Notes: generated by a model from the sequence alone, not told the origin. Counted from the stretch's first letter, positions 39,021 through 48,964 are shown. The stretch is DNA of 64,000 nucleotides from an uncultured Alphaproteobacteria bacterium (GCA_944391395.1 CALXTI010000002.1:108163-172162), one strand, 5' to 3'. A program made the numbers and translations.

Positions 39021-39704
39021 TTATGATTGTTTAGGCGGTTGTTTGGAAAACAAATTTAAAAACGGTAAAAATATTTTTTGCAATATGTGCGGCAAGGCGC
39101 CGGCAGCATTGATTTTGAAGGCGATGCGCTCAATGTTGTGCTCCGCGCAAATACCGATGCGGTGATGCCCGTCATCAACGCAATCCTTTATACCGCAGCG
39201 GCGGCAGAGCATAATTGCCAGCGGATAGGTGTCGTCAAAGCCTTTTTCTTGTAAGGATAGACTAAGTTCTTGATAGCGGCGAATACGCTCTTCGGGAGAA
39301 ATTTGCCAGCGTTTTGACATAATGTAAGCGTTTTGCGCGTTGCGAAAACCTCTTTCAATGTGCAGCGCGCGCAAATGCGCCAATGTGGTGTGATAGATGT
39401 TTGAACCGGTGAATTTGTATGGCTGGCGTATTTTTTTGAAGAAAATCGGCAAAATGTTCCATCTCGGCAACGAGCTTAAAAAAACAAAACGAACCGGAAT
39501 ATAAGCCGTGTTTTCGTTGATTGCGTTTTCAATCACCTTTCTTCCGCGGAGCAAAGTGTCCGGTTTGGAGTTTTCCAGCAAAACAACAACATCGTCGGTG
39601 CAGTCGTTTATGGCGACATGTGATGCGGGCGTGTCTGCCAAGGGCATAATATCGCGAGGATCAATAAAATAAAGCTCTGACGAATATCCAAGAATTGTTG
39701 ACAT
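39021..39704 (-). CDS. Hypothetical protein with ParB/sulfiredoxin-like DGHHR motif
   Basis: 227 aa; C-terminal YPLAIMLCRRCGIKDCVDDGHHRIGICAEHNIERIAF resembles the ParB-N/Srx fold core. The rest is unassigned. Convergent with yejF, 6 nt apart. Confidence 0.4.
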   Translation of the reverse strand: MSTILGYSSELYFIDPRDIMPLADTPASHVAINDCTDDVVVLLENSKPDTLLRGRKVIENAINENTAYIPVRFVFLSSLPRWNILPIFFKKIRQPYKFTGSNIYHTTLAHLRALHIERGFRNAQNAYIMSKRWQISPEERIRRYQELSLSLQEKGFDDTYPLAIMLCRRCGIKDCVDDGHHRIGICAEHNIERIAFKINAAGALPHILQKIFLPFLNLFSKQPPKQS

Positions 39705-39781
39705 TAAATGTTCCTATCGTATTATTTAAAAACAATAATATTGAAACAAACGTTAAAAAGCAAATATTAAAGGAAAAATTC

Positions 39782-40714
39782 ATGATAAAATGGTGGAAAA
39801 AATGGTTTGAACCCAAGCCTTTTCATCAAGGATATTTGCCGGAAAGAGAAGGGCATAAGGTGTTTTTTACGGAATTCGGCAATTCGCACGGAAAACCGAT
39901 ATTGGTGTTTCACGGCGGCCCCGGCGGTTGCGGTAAAGCATCGTATACAACTTTTGCCGATTTAAGGAAGTATCGGGTGATTGTTTTTGATCAACGCGGC
40001 TGTGGAAAATCGTTGCCGTCAGGCAGCTTGCAAAACAACAACACTCAAAGTTTACTTAATGATGCAAAAAGGCTTATTAACTTTTTGAAAATAAAAGAAA
40101 AAATCATCTTGCGCGGTGCTTCATGGGGCTCGACTTTGGCCTTGCTTTTTGCGGAAAAATATCCGCAAATGGTGGAAAAACTTTTGTTGTCACAGATATT
40201 TTTAGCCAACAAAGATGCGCGGTTTTGGGAATTGGAAGGAAACTCGTATTTCTATCCGGATTTTGTAGAAACGCTCAAAAACAAAGCCGGAAAAACAGAT
40301 GTTCCGAATTATTTTGCCTCAGAAATCAACTCAAAAAGCCATAAAAAACAACTGGATGCCATCAATTATTACGGCTGGTATGAGCGCATTTGCGGCAGTT
40401 TATCGCCGAAATGGAACAATCAGACAGCGGTTGAAGACGAAGATTTGGCGGCAAACCGGATATATATGCATTATGCCGCGCAAAATTTTATGCTCAAAGA
40501 CGATGAAATCATTAAAAATGCCGGAAAAATAAAGGACATTCCGACAATAATCGTTCACAACCGATTGGATTTTGTTTGTCCGTTAAAAGGCGCGTATCGT
40601 CTGCATAAGGTTTTGCCGAAATCCAAGTTGGTGATTGTTCCGGAACGCGGTCATGTCGGTAAATTGCTTTATAAAGTTACGCAAAAGGAACTGCGGCGAT
40701 TTTTAGAGCTCTGA
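39782..40714 (+). CDS. pip: Prolyl aminopeptidase (proline iminopeptidase)
   Basis: ATG at 39782 (MIKWWKK); VFHGGPGG, VIVFDQRGCGKS, GASWGSTLAL nucleophile elbow, C-terminal ERGH. Confidence 0.88.
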   Translation: MIKWWKKWFEPKPFHQGYLPEREGHKVFFTEFGNSHGKPILVFHGGPGGCGKASYTTFADLRKYRVIVFDQRGCGKSLPSGSLQNNNTQSLLNDAKRLINFLKIKEKIILRGASWGSTLALLFAEKYPQMVEKLLLSQIFLANKDARFWELEGNSYFYPDFVETLKNKAGKTDVPNYFASEINSKSHKKQLDAINYYGWYERICGSLSPKWNNQTAVEDEDLAANRIYMHYAAQNFMLKDDEIIKNAGKIKDIPTIIVHNRLDFVCPLKGAYRLHKVLPKSKLVIVPERGHVGKLLYKVTQKELRRFLEL

Positions 40715-41076
40715 AAACGAGATGAGCGTATAAAATCACTTTGAAAAGTATTTTGCTCGGCGTGAGCGCCCAAAGTTAAAACAAGTTACAATAATTTTGA
40801 TAACAATGTCCGGGTGGCAAAATAATCCGAACTAACGAAAAATAATTAAGAGCCTGTCTTTATTTAATATTATTATACATAATAAACATTATGCGACAAA
40901 TCTATATAATGCGACGAACCTCCCTTTCTGAATTAATTTATTTAATTCAATCTGTTATGAAAGCGAAGCGCTGTTTGTCAAAACGTTAACCATTTTATAT
41001 GCGCGAGATTTTTTCTTGACGCTTTGTCATAAGATGGATACTTTTTTATAAATCAATTATATGAAAGTTTATTTTG

Positions 41077-41673
41077 ATGAAATCTGAAGAAAATTTATTA
41101 AATAACTTTACAGAATTATCGGCGTTTTTATCTGCCTATAATGCCTTTGATGAAAAGGAAGAAGCCGCGCGCCTCTCCTTTTTGCAATTTCTTGAGGCTT
41201 TTGGCGGTTTTGCTTATGTTCGAGACAATCTTGTCGGCCATATAACGGTTTCGGCGTGGATTGTCAATCCAAAGTGTGACAAAGTCTTGATGGCGTTTCA
41301 TAATTTATATAAGTTTTGGGCATGGCCCGGCGGTCATGCGGACGGAAACCAGGATTTATTTGAAGTTATTGTTCGTGAAATCAAAGAAGAAACTTCTTTG
41401 CAAAATTTTCGATTATTGTCTCCCTCACCCGTTGATTTGGCGGTTTTAGGCGTGGCAGAACATTATAAAAACGGAAAATTTGTGCCGCAGCATTTACATT
41501 ATAATCTGACTTATTGGTTTACAGCCGATGAAAATCAAGTTTTGCAGGCAAAACCGGATGAAAACTCCGGTGTGCAATGGCTGACGTTTGCCGAGATGGA
41601 AAAATACTGCCATAATGATCAGGTTTTTCCTTGTTATCAACGAATTATGAAAAAAACACAAAAAATCAGTTGA
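41077..41673 (+). CDS. NUDIX hydrolase
   Basis: Nudix box GGHADGNQDLFEVIVREIKEETSL. Confidence 0.85.
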   Translation: MKSEENLLNNFTELSAFLSAYNAFDEKEEAARLSFLQFLEAFGGFAYVRDNLVGHITVSAWIVNPKCDKVLMAFHNLYKFWAWPGGHADGNQDLFEVIVREIKEETSLQNFRLLSPSPVDLAVLGVAEHYKNGKFVPQHLHYNLTYWFTADENQVLQAKPDENSGVQWLTFAEMEKYCHNDQVFPCYQRIMKKTQKIS

Positions 41674-41717
41674 CGGCAAAGAAAAGATAATATAAATATA
41701 ACAGCGTTATTTACCAC

Positions 41718-41806
41718 GGAGAGTTGGCAGAGTGGTAATGCAGCGGATTGCTAATCCGTCATCGTGTTAAAGCGATGCACAGGTTCGAGTCCTGTACTCT
41801 CCGCCA
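41718..41806 (+). tRNA. tRNA-Ser (anticodon GCU)
   Basis: GGAGAGTTGGCAGAGTGGTAATGCAGCGGATTGCTAATCCGTCATCGTGTTAAAGCGATGCACAGGTTCGAGTCCTGTACTCTCCGCCA. Long variable arm, anticodon loop TTGCTAA, encoded CCA. Confidence 0.95.
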
Positions 41807-42250
41807 GTTTGGAGCGCTTCAAGCGCTCTTTTTTTATGCGGAAGTACAGGACTCGAACCGAGAGGAGTGCTAAGCAAAAAGGCAAGAAATCTTGCCTTTT
41901 TGTCTGCAAGCTCTTTGTAACATCTTAATGAGCAAGGGAAGCGATAGCGACCGCGGCGAATTTAGATGCCAAAGAGAAAGAGCCGTGAAACGGCGGAGTC
42001 CTGTACTCTCCGCCAGTTTGGAGCGCTTCAAGCGCTCTTTTTTTATGCGGAAGTACAGGACTCGAACCGAGAGGAGTGCTAAGCAAAAAGGCAAGAAATC
42101 TTGCCTTTTTGTCTGCAAGCTCTTTGTAACATCTTAATGAGCAAGGGAAGCGATAGCGACCGCGGCGAATTTAGATGCCAAAGAGAAAGAGCCGTGAAAC
42201 GGCGGAGTCCTGTACGACTGCGCCAGTTTAGAGTGCATAAAGCGCAAAAA
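41787..42250 (+). repeat. Tandem array: two identical 209-bp units plus a degenerate third start, each beginning with the last 20 nt of tRNA-Ser
   Basis: Units at 41787-41995 and 41996-42204 read identically. A third copy starts at 42205 (gagtcctgtacgactgcgcca...) and has diverged. Each unit also carries an inverted copy of the tRNA T-arm/acceptor 3' half (41838-41859 in unit 1) and two terminator-type hairpins. Confidence 0.95.
41812..41835 (+). terminator. tRNA-Ser terminator
   Basis: gagcgc-ttcaa-gcgctc followed by T7. Repeated identically in the second tandem unit (42021-42044). Confidence 0.8.
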
Positions 42251-42251
42251 C

Positions 42252-42575
42252 TTAATTTTCCATAAAACCACCGGCGGAAGATGGATTTTGCATCGTTGCT
42301 TGTGTTTTTTGCGGCAGCGTGGGTTGATTTTCGGTTTTTCTTTCGTCTTTGTGTTCTTCAATTTTGTCTTTGGCGGCGTCATAACCGTCTTTTATCGTCT
42401 CTTTAGTCGAATCATAACCGTCACGGATGATGCGTCCGGTACTTTGGGCGACATCTTCGGAAATTTCTCCGACCGTTGAATCGCGATTGAACGTTCCTTC
42501 ATAAAAACCGACGCCCAACAAATATATCACAACAATGATTAAGGCGTATAAAAGATATTTAAGTAATGTTCCCAT
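42252..42575 (-). CDS. Small N-terminally anchored hypothetical protein
   Basis: 107 aa; TM helix YLLYALIIVVIYLLGVGF, then a charged tail with repeated DGYD..K motifs. Confidence 0.5.
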   Translation of the reverse strand: MGTLLKYLLYALIIVVIYLLGVGFYEGTFNRDSTVGEISEDVAQSTGRIIRDGYDSTKETIKDGYDAAKDKIEEHKDERKTENQPTLPQKTQATMQNPSSAGGFMEN

Positions 42576-42654
42576 TTTGCAAAACTCCTTTGATAAAATC
42601 GTTTCAGAGTTTCACATAATGCCGTTTGGGAAAATTTCAAGACATAAACGAATA

Positions 42655-44508
42655 TTAACGGCGGGCAAAGAGTTTTTCGATGTCGCTTATTTTTAATTCA
42701 ACATAAGTCGGCCGGCCGTGATTGCATTGTCCGGAATGTTCGGTTTTTTCCATATCGCGCAGCAAACGATTCATCTCGTCAATATTTAAACGCCGTCCGG
42801 CGCGCACCGAACCGTGGCAGGCAATGGTGGCGCAAATGTGATGCAATTTTTCCGTTAAGGAAAATTCCCCGCCCCATTCGGTAATTTCGGCGGCTAAATC
42901 CGTAGTCAACTTACGAATGTCTGCATCGGATATAAGCGCCGGAATTTCGCGGACCATTACTGCCTGAGGGCCGAATTCTTCGACTACAAGTCCGAGTTTT
43001 GCCAAGTTCTCGGCCTGGGCAAGGATTTTTTCTTTTTCATTATAACTTAAATCAACTATTTCGGGGATTAAAAGCATTTGCGTTACGACTTTATGTTCCG
43101 CGGCCAGCGACGCTTTCAGTTTTTCCATAACAATCCGTTCATGCGCGGCGTGTTGGTCAATAATGATAATGCTGTTTTCTGCCTGAGATATGATATATGT
43201 GTCATGAAACTGGGCTTTGGCCAAACCGAGCGGGCCGATTTCTTCCGTTGTACTTTCCGGCGGTGTTTCTTCGGTTTTGATTGAATACAAACGTTCAAGC
43301 TCAGGCAAAGAATTTTGCACACGGCGAGAAACGCCAATCGGCGAAAAAGGTATGTGAGCCCTGGGTTCCGGCATTTTCATCTCATAGGCCTCTTCGGCAA
43401 AGGAAAGCGTGCTTTGCGTCGATTTCGCCGCCGTTGCCGACGGTGGGTTAAAAGAAGGAATGTTATCATGCACAAACGTTGATAAATCCAGGGTATCGGC
43501 GACGGCTTTGTCTCCCAGCGACAATCCGTGGCGAATTGCCCCTACAAGCAGCCCCCTGACCGCTCCGCCATCATAAAAACGAACTTCGGCTTTGGCGGGA
43601 TGAACATTGACATCGACATAAGCGGGATCAACATCAATAAACAAAGCACACAGCGGGTAGCGGTTTGAAGCCAGAACATCCTGATATGCACCTTTGATGG
43701 CACCTAAAAGGAGTTTGTCGCGTACCGGACGACTGTTCACAAATAAATATTGTGATAAAGAGTTTGCTTTGTTTAAAGTCGGCAGTCCGGAATAACCGCT
43801 GATTCGGACGTGTTCGCGCGAGGCATCAATCAAAATCGAATTTTCGGCAAATTCTTTACCCATGACTTCGCCCAAGCGTTTAAGTCTGGCATCCAGAAGA
43901 TTGCCCGAACAAGCATTTAAACTTATGCGTCTGCGTCCATCGCTTGTCAGATAAAAAGATATATGCGGGTTGGCCATTGCTATGCGGTTGACGATATCCA
44001 CGCATTGGGCGGCTTCGGAACTGTCCGGTTTTAGAAATTTCAGACGCGCTGGCGTGGCAAAAAACAAATCGCGCACTTCTATGCGCGTGCCTTTTGAAAG
44101 CGCCGCCGGCACAATGTCGGATTTGTGTCCGCCGTTTATTTCCATCCGCCATGCGTTCTCCGAGCCCTGTTCACGTGTCGTTATAGACATTCGTGATACG
44201 GCGGCGATTGAAGGTAATGCTTCACCACGAAAACCTAAATGCTTGATATTGAACAAATCATCTTCGGGGAGCTTGGAAGTGGCGTGGCGTTCCACTGCAA
44301 GTTTCAGCTCTTCGGCCGACATGCCTTTACCGTCATCGGTTATGACAATCAGATTTTTACCTCCGCCGGTCAAGTCGATTTCTATTCGTTCCGCACCGGC
44401 ATCAATGGCGTTTTCCACCAACTCTTTGACAACCGACGCCGGTCGTTCGATAACTTCTCCGGCCGCAATCTGATTTATCAGGTTATCCGGTAAAATGCGG
44501 ATGGTCAT
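42655..44508 (-). CDS. mutL: DNA mismatch repair protein MutL
   Basis: 617 aa; IAAGEVIERPASVVKELVENAIDAGA, DDGKGM, GFRGEALPSI; C-terminal dimerisation domain with DQHAAHERI and CNHGRPT. Confidence 0.95.
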   Translation of the reverse strand: MTIRILPDNLINQIAAGEVIERPASVVKELVENAIDAGAERIEIDLTGGGKNLIVITDDGKGMSAEELKLAVERHATSKLPEDDLFNIKHLGFRGEALPSIAAVSRMSITTREQGSENAWRMEINGGHKSDIVPAALSKGTRIEVRDLFFATPARLKFLKPDSSEAAQCVDIVNRIAMANPHISFYLTSDGRRRISLNACSGNLLDARLKRLGEVMGKEFAENSILIDASREHVRISGYSGLPTLNKANSLSQYLFVNSRPVRDKLLLGAIKGAYQDVLASNRYPLCALFIDVDPAYVDVNVHPAKAEVRFYDGGAVRGLLVGAIRHGLSLGDKAVADTLDLSTFVHDNIPSFNPPSATAAKSTQSTLSFAEEAYEMKMPEPRAHIPFSPIGVSRRVQNSLPELERLYSIKTEETPPESTTEEIGPLGLAKAQFHDTYIISQAENSIIIIDQHAAHERIVMEKLKASLAAEHKVVTQMLLIPEIVDLSYNEKEKILAQAENLAKLGLVVEEFGPQAVMVREIPALISDADIRKLTTDLAAEITEWGGEFSLTEKLHHICATIACHGSVRAGRRLNIDEMNRLLRDMEKTEHSGQCNHGRPTYVELKISDIEKLFARR

Positions 44509-44526
44509 TTTTTATTCCCTTTGCGT

Positions 44527-46179
44527 TTATTTCCTAAAAGTTTTAATCGCCTTAATCAATGACAACGTGGAAGAATCATGATTGACGGCAAAAGCGGTTC
44601 CTTCCAATTCGGGCAGAATGTTCAGAGCCAGCTGCTTGCCAAGCTCAACTCCCATTTGGTCAAAAGAATTGATATTCCAAATCATACCCTGCACAAAAAC
44701 TTTGTGCTCATACAATGCAATCAGCATACCAAGTGAAAAAGCATCGATTTTTTTGAACAGCAAAGTATTGGACGGACGGTTGCCGCTAAAGCTTTTGTAT
44801 TTTTTCAAGGCTTCGACATCTTCTTTGCTTTTGCCGGCTTTGCGTAATTCTTCGGCGGCTTCGGCAACGGTTTTGCCTTGCATCAGGGCTTCACCCTGCG
44901 CCAAAACATTGGACAACAATATCTGATGATGATTGCCTATTTCGTTGTGTGAAATTGCGGGGACGATAAAATCAACCGGTACGATTTCGGTTCCTTGATG
45001 CAGTAATTGGAAAAAAGAATGCTGCACGTTTGTTCCTGCCCCGCCGAACAAAACCGGACCGGTGGCGTATTTCACAAAATTATTGTTCCTATCAACCGAT
45101 TTGCCGTTGCTTTCCATGTCGAGTTGCTGGAGATATGCCGGCAAATATTGCAGGTATTGATCATACGGTATGACCGCATAACGGTGAATGTTGAAAAAGT
45201 TGTTGTACCAAATGCCTAAAAGCGCCATCACAACCGGTATGTTTTCCGCCAACGGAGCGGTGCGGAAGTGTTCATCCATGGCATAAGCCCCTTCCAAAAG
45301 CTTTTCAAAGTTTTCGAAACCGACGGCTATGCAAATAATCAGACCGATGGCAGACCATAACGAATAACGTCCGCCGACAAAATCCCAAAACTCAAACATG
45401 TTTTCGGGATTGATGCCGAATTTAACGACCTCTTCCCGGTTGGTGGAAAGCGCTACAAAATGTTTGTCAACAGCGTGTTCGCCCAAGGCGTTGACCAACC
45501 ATTTGCGGCAGGTTTTGGCGTTGGTTAAGGTTTCTATCGTGGTGAAAGTTTTGGAAGCGATAATAAACAATGTTGTTTCCGGATCAAGCTTGTTTAACAC
45601 TTCGGCGCATGCCGTGCCGTCGATGTTGGAAATGAAATAACAATTTATATCTTTGGCCCAATATTTGCGCAAGGCTTCGCAAACCATGACCGGCCCCAAA
45701 TCGGAACCGCCGATGCCGATGTTGACGATGTTGGTCAGCTTTTTGCCGGTATAGCCTTTAAATTCGCCGAAACGGACGGCGTCGGAAAAGTTTTTCATTT
45801 TCAGCAAGACTTCATTGATTTGCGGCATAACATCTTTGCCCGCGCTTAAAATCGCCTGCCCGGAACGGTTGCGCAAAGCGACATGCAATACCGAACGGTT
45901 TTCGGTATGATTGATTTTTTTGCCTTCGAACATGGCTTTGATTTTTTCCGGAATATGCCGTTCTGCCGCCAATTCCAACAAACCGGACATGACTTTGTCA
46001 TCAAAACGATTCTTGGAATAGTCTAAAATCAAATCATGCAAACGAAGCGTGTATTTCGCCGCCCTTTTGTCATCGGCGGCAAACAAATCGCGCATTTCGA
46101 CTTTTCTAAAACGCTTGTATTCGCTTTCAAGTTTTTTCCATGCTTTTGTTTTTTCTTTGTTTTTATGAATTCCGAACAT
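44527..46179 (-). CDS. pgi: Glucose-6-phosphate isomerase
   Basis: GIGGSDLGP, SKTFTTIET, GGRYSLWSAIG, DQYLQ..PAYLQQLDMESNGK, NSFDQMGVELGK. GAGGAG-N7-ATG at 46179 avoids overlap with the upstream stop. Confidence 0.95.
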   Translation of the reverse strand: MFGIHKNKEKTKAWKKLESEYKRFRKVEMRDLFAADDKRAAKYTLRLHDLILDYSKNRFDDKVMSGLLELAAERHIPEKIKAMFEGKKINHTENRSVLHVALRNRSGQAILSAGKDVMPQINEVLLKMKNFSDAVRFGEFKGYTGKKLTNIVNIGIGGSDLGPVMVCEALRKYWAKDINCYFISNIDGTACAEVLNKLDPETTLFIIASKTFTTIETLTNAKTCRKWLVNALGEHAVDKHFVALSTNREEVVKFGINPENMFEFWDFVGGRYSLWSAIGLIICIAVGFENFEKLLEGAYAMDEHFRTAPLAENIPVVMALLGIWYNNFFNIHRYAVIPYDQYLQYLPAYLQQLDMESNGKSVDRNNNFVKYATGPVLFGGAGTNVQHSFFQLLHQGTEIVPVDFIVPAISHNEIGNHHQILLSNVLAQGEALMQGKTVAEAAEELRKAGKSKEDVEALKKYKSFSGNRPSNTLLFKKIDAFSLGMLIALYEHKVFVQGMIWNINSFDQMGVELGKQLALNILPELEGTAFAVNHDSSTLSLIKAIKTFRK

Positions 46180-46183
46180 CTTA

Positions 46184-47605
46184 TTACTCCTCGTTTGGAT
46201 TGTCAAAATCACCGATGGCGACTTCCATCGGCAAGACTGAAAAATATTTAGCCGCGGCCTGATTGACTTCTTCCAAAGTTACGGCTTTGACATAACTGTT
46301 TCTTTTTTGCAAGAAATCGAGCCCAAGCTCGTATTTTTGCATTGCCGCCAACATGTCGGCCAGACCCGCAATTGAATTAAAGCGTAAATTATATGAGGCC
46401 AGCAAGTAATTGCGGGCGTCTTCAAGCTCCTTTTTACGGACGCCTTTGCGAGCGATTGACTGCCATTCGGCGTTAATAATTTGTTTTATTTTGCCATAAT
46501 TTTCCGGTGTGGCGGAAAATTGTCCCAAAATCAGCGGTGTTTTTTCATCGGTTGACAAGTAGGTGTATATGCCGTAAGTCAATCCTTCTTTTTCTCGTGC
46601 CGCGAGTGATAAACGCGACGTCAGTCCCGAACCTCCCAAAATATGGTTGGCAATGTATAAAGGATAGAAATCTTGAGCCGATCGGCGTGTTCCCTCTGCG
46701 GCAAAGTCGCTTACAATCTGCGCCGTGTCTTGTTTGAGATATTTGGTATGCGGTTTGAGATTCATATCTGGGGCCAAAATTTCACGATTGGCGTTGCGTG
46801 TCGGCAGGTTCGCGAAAATTTTATCCAATGCGACAGATGCTTCCTCAGGGGTGATGTCGCCGGCAATGCCGACAATCAAATTGTCCAAAGCCAAAGATTC
46901 TTTCAACCATTTTTGCAAATCTTCCGATGTTATGGAGGCGATATCTTCTTTGCTGCCTAACGGATTGCGACCGTAAGGATGGTTGGCTCCGAACAATTCT
47001 TCGGCAAATGCCAGACTCAAAATCGAGGCCGGGTGTTCCTGCTGAATTTTTAACGCTTCAAGGTTTTGTTGTTTTTCAACCTGCAAATCCCGCCGATCAA
47101 AATGCGGCGACGTCAAAGCGGATTGCAGCAAGGCAAAGGCAATGTCTTTGTTTTCCGACGGGGTTATCATGCCTGCGGATAAATCTTCACGGCCGGCGGA
47201 AAAGGCTATCCGGACGCCGTTTAATTCCATGATTTCCTGAAATTCGCGGCGGTCGTGCTTTCCGGAGCCGTAAACCAGCATGTTTGCGGCTATGCCCGCC
47301 CTACCGGCCTTCCCGACCGGATCATAAGCATATCCGCCGCGCTCGAAGATGAAACTCAAAGCAATAATCGGCACGCTATGTTCTTCCATCAGCCAGGCTT
47401 TGATTCCGGAAGGGCTCGTGATTTCAACGGGTTTTTGCGTAAAAGTCTTTTCTTTTAAGATTGATTCTTCAACTATTTTTTTTGCGTCAAATCCCGGTTT
47501 TATAAAAAATCCGCAGCCTGTCCACACGGCATACACCACGACGACGGCGGCAATCAACCTATACAATGCGTGTAAAAATCTGTGACGGCGGTAATGATAA
47601 TGCAT
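46184..47605 (-). CDS. M16-family peptidase, non-catalytic-type subunit
   Basis: 473 aa; M16 fold blocks but no HxxEH; N-terminal TM anchor. Directly abuts the catalytic-type paralogue. Confidence 0.8.
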   Translation of the reverse strand: MHYHYRRHRFLHALYRLIAAVVVVYAVWTGCGFFIKPGFDAKKIVEESILKEKTFTQKPVEITSPSGIKAWLMEEHSVPIIALSFIFERGGYAYDPVGKAGRAGIAANMLVYGSGKHDRREFQEIMELNGVRIAFSAGREDLSAGMITPSENKDIAFALLQSALTSPHFDRRDLQVEKQQNLEALKIQQEHPASILSLAFAEELFGANHPYGRNPLGSKEDIASITSEDLQKWLKESLALDNLIVGIAGDITPEEASVALDKIFANLPTRNANREILAPDMNLKPHTKYLKQDTAQIVSDFAAEGTRRSAQDFYPLYIANHILGGSGLTSRLSLAAREKEGLTYGIYTYLSTDEKTPLILGQFSATPENYGKIKQIINAEWQSIARKGVRKKELEDARNYLLASYNLRFNSIAGLADMLAAMQKYELGLDFLQKRNSYVKAVTLEEVNQAAAKYFSVLPMEVAIGDFDNPNEE

Positions 47606-48943
47606 TTATTTATCCTCCTTGGCTGCCGGCAACAAATATCCCGTTATTGAAGTTGATGATGAGAGCATATCCGAAACTGCTTCTTTGATATCGCCGAGAG
47701 TAACATTTTTTATGTTTTTTTCATAATCATTGATTTCATTGAGATTAAAGCCCAAAGCGGCCATCTGTCCGACGAGCATGGCGGCATCTTCCGGATTGTC
47801 GCGTATATAAACCAAGCCGGAAGTCATTTTGTGTTTTTCTTTTTCCAATTTGTCTTTGTTCAGAGATTTTAGCGCTTCATTCAAAGCAGTTTGCAGCAAA
47901 TCCTCGGTTTCGGCCGCTGTTTTGCCGGGTGACGGAACGGCGGAAAGCGAAAAGACACCGTCGCCGCGCGATAGGGCATCGTAAGATGATCCGGCCGCCG
48001 CCACTTTGTTTTTCAAGACCAATTCTTGATTTAAAAATGAATTATCCCCTTCCCCGAAATACTTGGAGAAAACCATCAAAGCATAAGCCTGTTCCGGATT
48101 TTCTTTCAGTGAAGGCGCAATATACCGACGAACGACTCGCGGCGTTTTAATCTCCGGATGCGACATCTTTATGTGGTAAACGTTTTTGTTGTTTTTGATT
48201 GAAGAACAAACAGGGTTTCGGCTCGTTTTTGTGCCGCTTTTTTCGATTCCGCCGAAATGTTTTTCCGCCAGTTGCTTTGCGGTTGAGGCGTCAATATCTC
48301 CGGACAGTACCAATACGGTATTATCCGGTGAATAATGTTTGTCATAAAATGTTTTAACATCATCGGACGTCAAATTCAAGATTTCCTCTTCGGTACCGGT
48401 TACCGGGCGTGCATAGGGACAATCTTGCCATAAGGTGCGATTCATGATTTCGGAAAATTGTGCCGTCGGATTATTGTCAATTCGTTGTTTTCTTTCCTGA
48501 AACACAATTTGCCGCTCTTTTTGGAACGCGTCATCGTCAAAGTCAAGATTGACCATGCGGTCGGCTTCCAACGCCATGACGACTTCCAACCGGCTGATGT
48601 CTACAAATTCGTGATAAGCGGTGAAATCCGTTGAGGTAAAAGCATTGCTGTCGCCGCCGTTTTGCGCGATAATGTCGTTAAATTCCGAGTCCGGAACTTT
48701 TTTGGTGCCACGGAACATCAAATGTTCCAGCAAATGCGCCACACCGCCGCGTCCGACCGGTTCATCAATGCTGCCGGTTTTGTACCAAAGCATTTGTTTG
48801 ACAATCGGCGCTTTGGTGTTGGATACGACAATCACCTGCAAACCGTTGTTCAAATTGAAACTTTCTATCGGCAAGAGTTCGGCGCGAGTGTTTTCGGCCC
48901 AAAACAACGCTGCAAAAACAATGCTATATATTATCTTATTCAT
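47606..48943 (-). CDS. M16-family zinc peptidase (HxxEH)
   Basis: 445 aa; signal peptide; GVAHLLEHLMFRGT inverted zincin motif. Confidence 0.9.
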   Translation of the reverse strand: MNKIIYSIVFAALFWAENTRAELLPIESFNLNNGLQVIVVSNTKAPIVKQMLWYKTGSIDEPVGRGGVAHLLEHLMFRGTKKVPDSEFNDIIAQNGGDSNAFTSTDFTAYHEFVDISRLEVVMALEADRMVNLDFDDDAFQKERQIVFQERKQRIDNNPTAQFSEIMNRTLWQDCPYARPVTGTEEEILNLTSDDVKTFYDKHYSPDNTVLVLSGDIDASTAKQLAEKHFGGIEKSGTKTSRNPVCSSIKNNKNVYHIKMSHPEIKTPRVVRRYIAPSLKENPEQAYALMVFSKYFGEGDNSFLNQELVLKNKVAAAGSSYDALSRGDGVFSLSAVPSPGKTAAETEDLLQTALNEALKSLNKDKLEKEKHKMTSGLVYIRDNPEDAAMLVGQMAALGFNLNEINDYEKNIKNVTLGDIKEAVSDMLSSSTSITGYLLPAAKEDK

Positions 48944-48964
48944 CTTTCACCTTAAATAACGACA

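Noticed and set aside
41826-41995. Minus-strand tRNA or tmRNA gene suggested by ggttcgagtcctgtacttccgc
   Set aside because: The T-stem 5' strand does not pair (ctcgg where acagg is needed). There is no matching acceptor 5' strand, no CCA and no D or anticodon arm. It is an inverted fragment of tRNA-Ser, not a gene.
41787-42250. CRISPR array
   Set aside because: The units are 209 bp with no repeat/spacer alternation, there are only two and a bit copies, and no cas genes are in the window.
41870-42382. ORFs 41870-42118(-), 41892-42137(+) and 42134-42382(-)
   Set aside because: They lie inside or across the tandem repeat and terminator hairpins, lack RBSs, and the first two are mirror images on opposite strands.
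41718-42655. Integrated prophage or genomic island at tRNA-Ser
   Set aside because: The duplicated tRNA 3' ends resemble att sites, but they are only 209 bp apart and there is no integrase, excisionase or cargo. The next genes are a small membrane protein and mutL.
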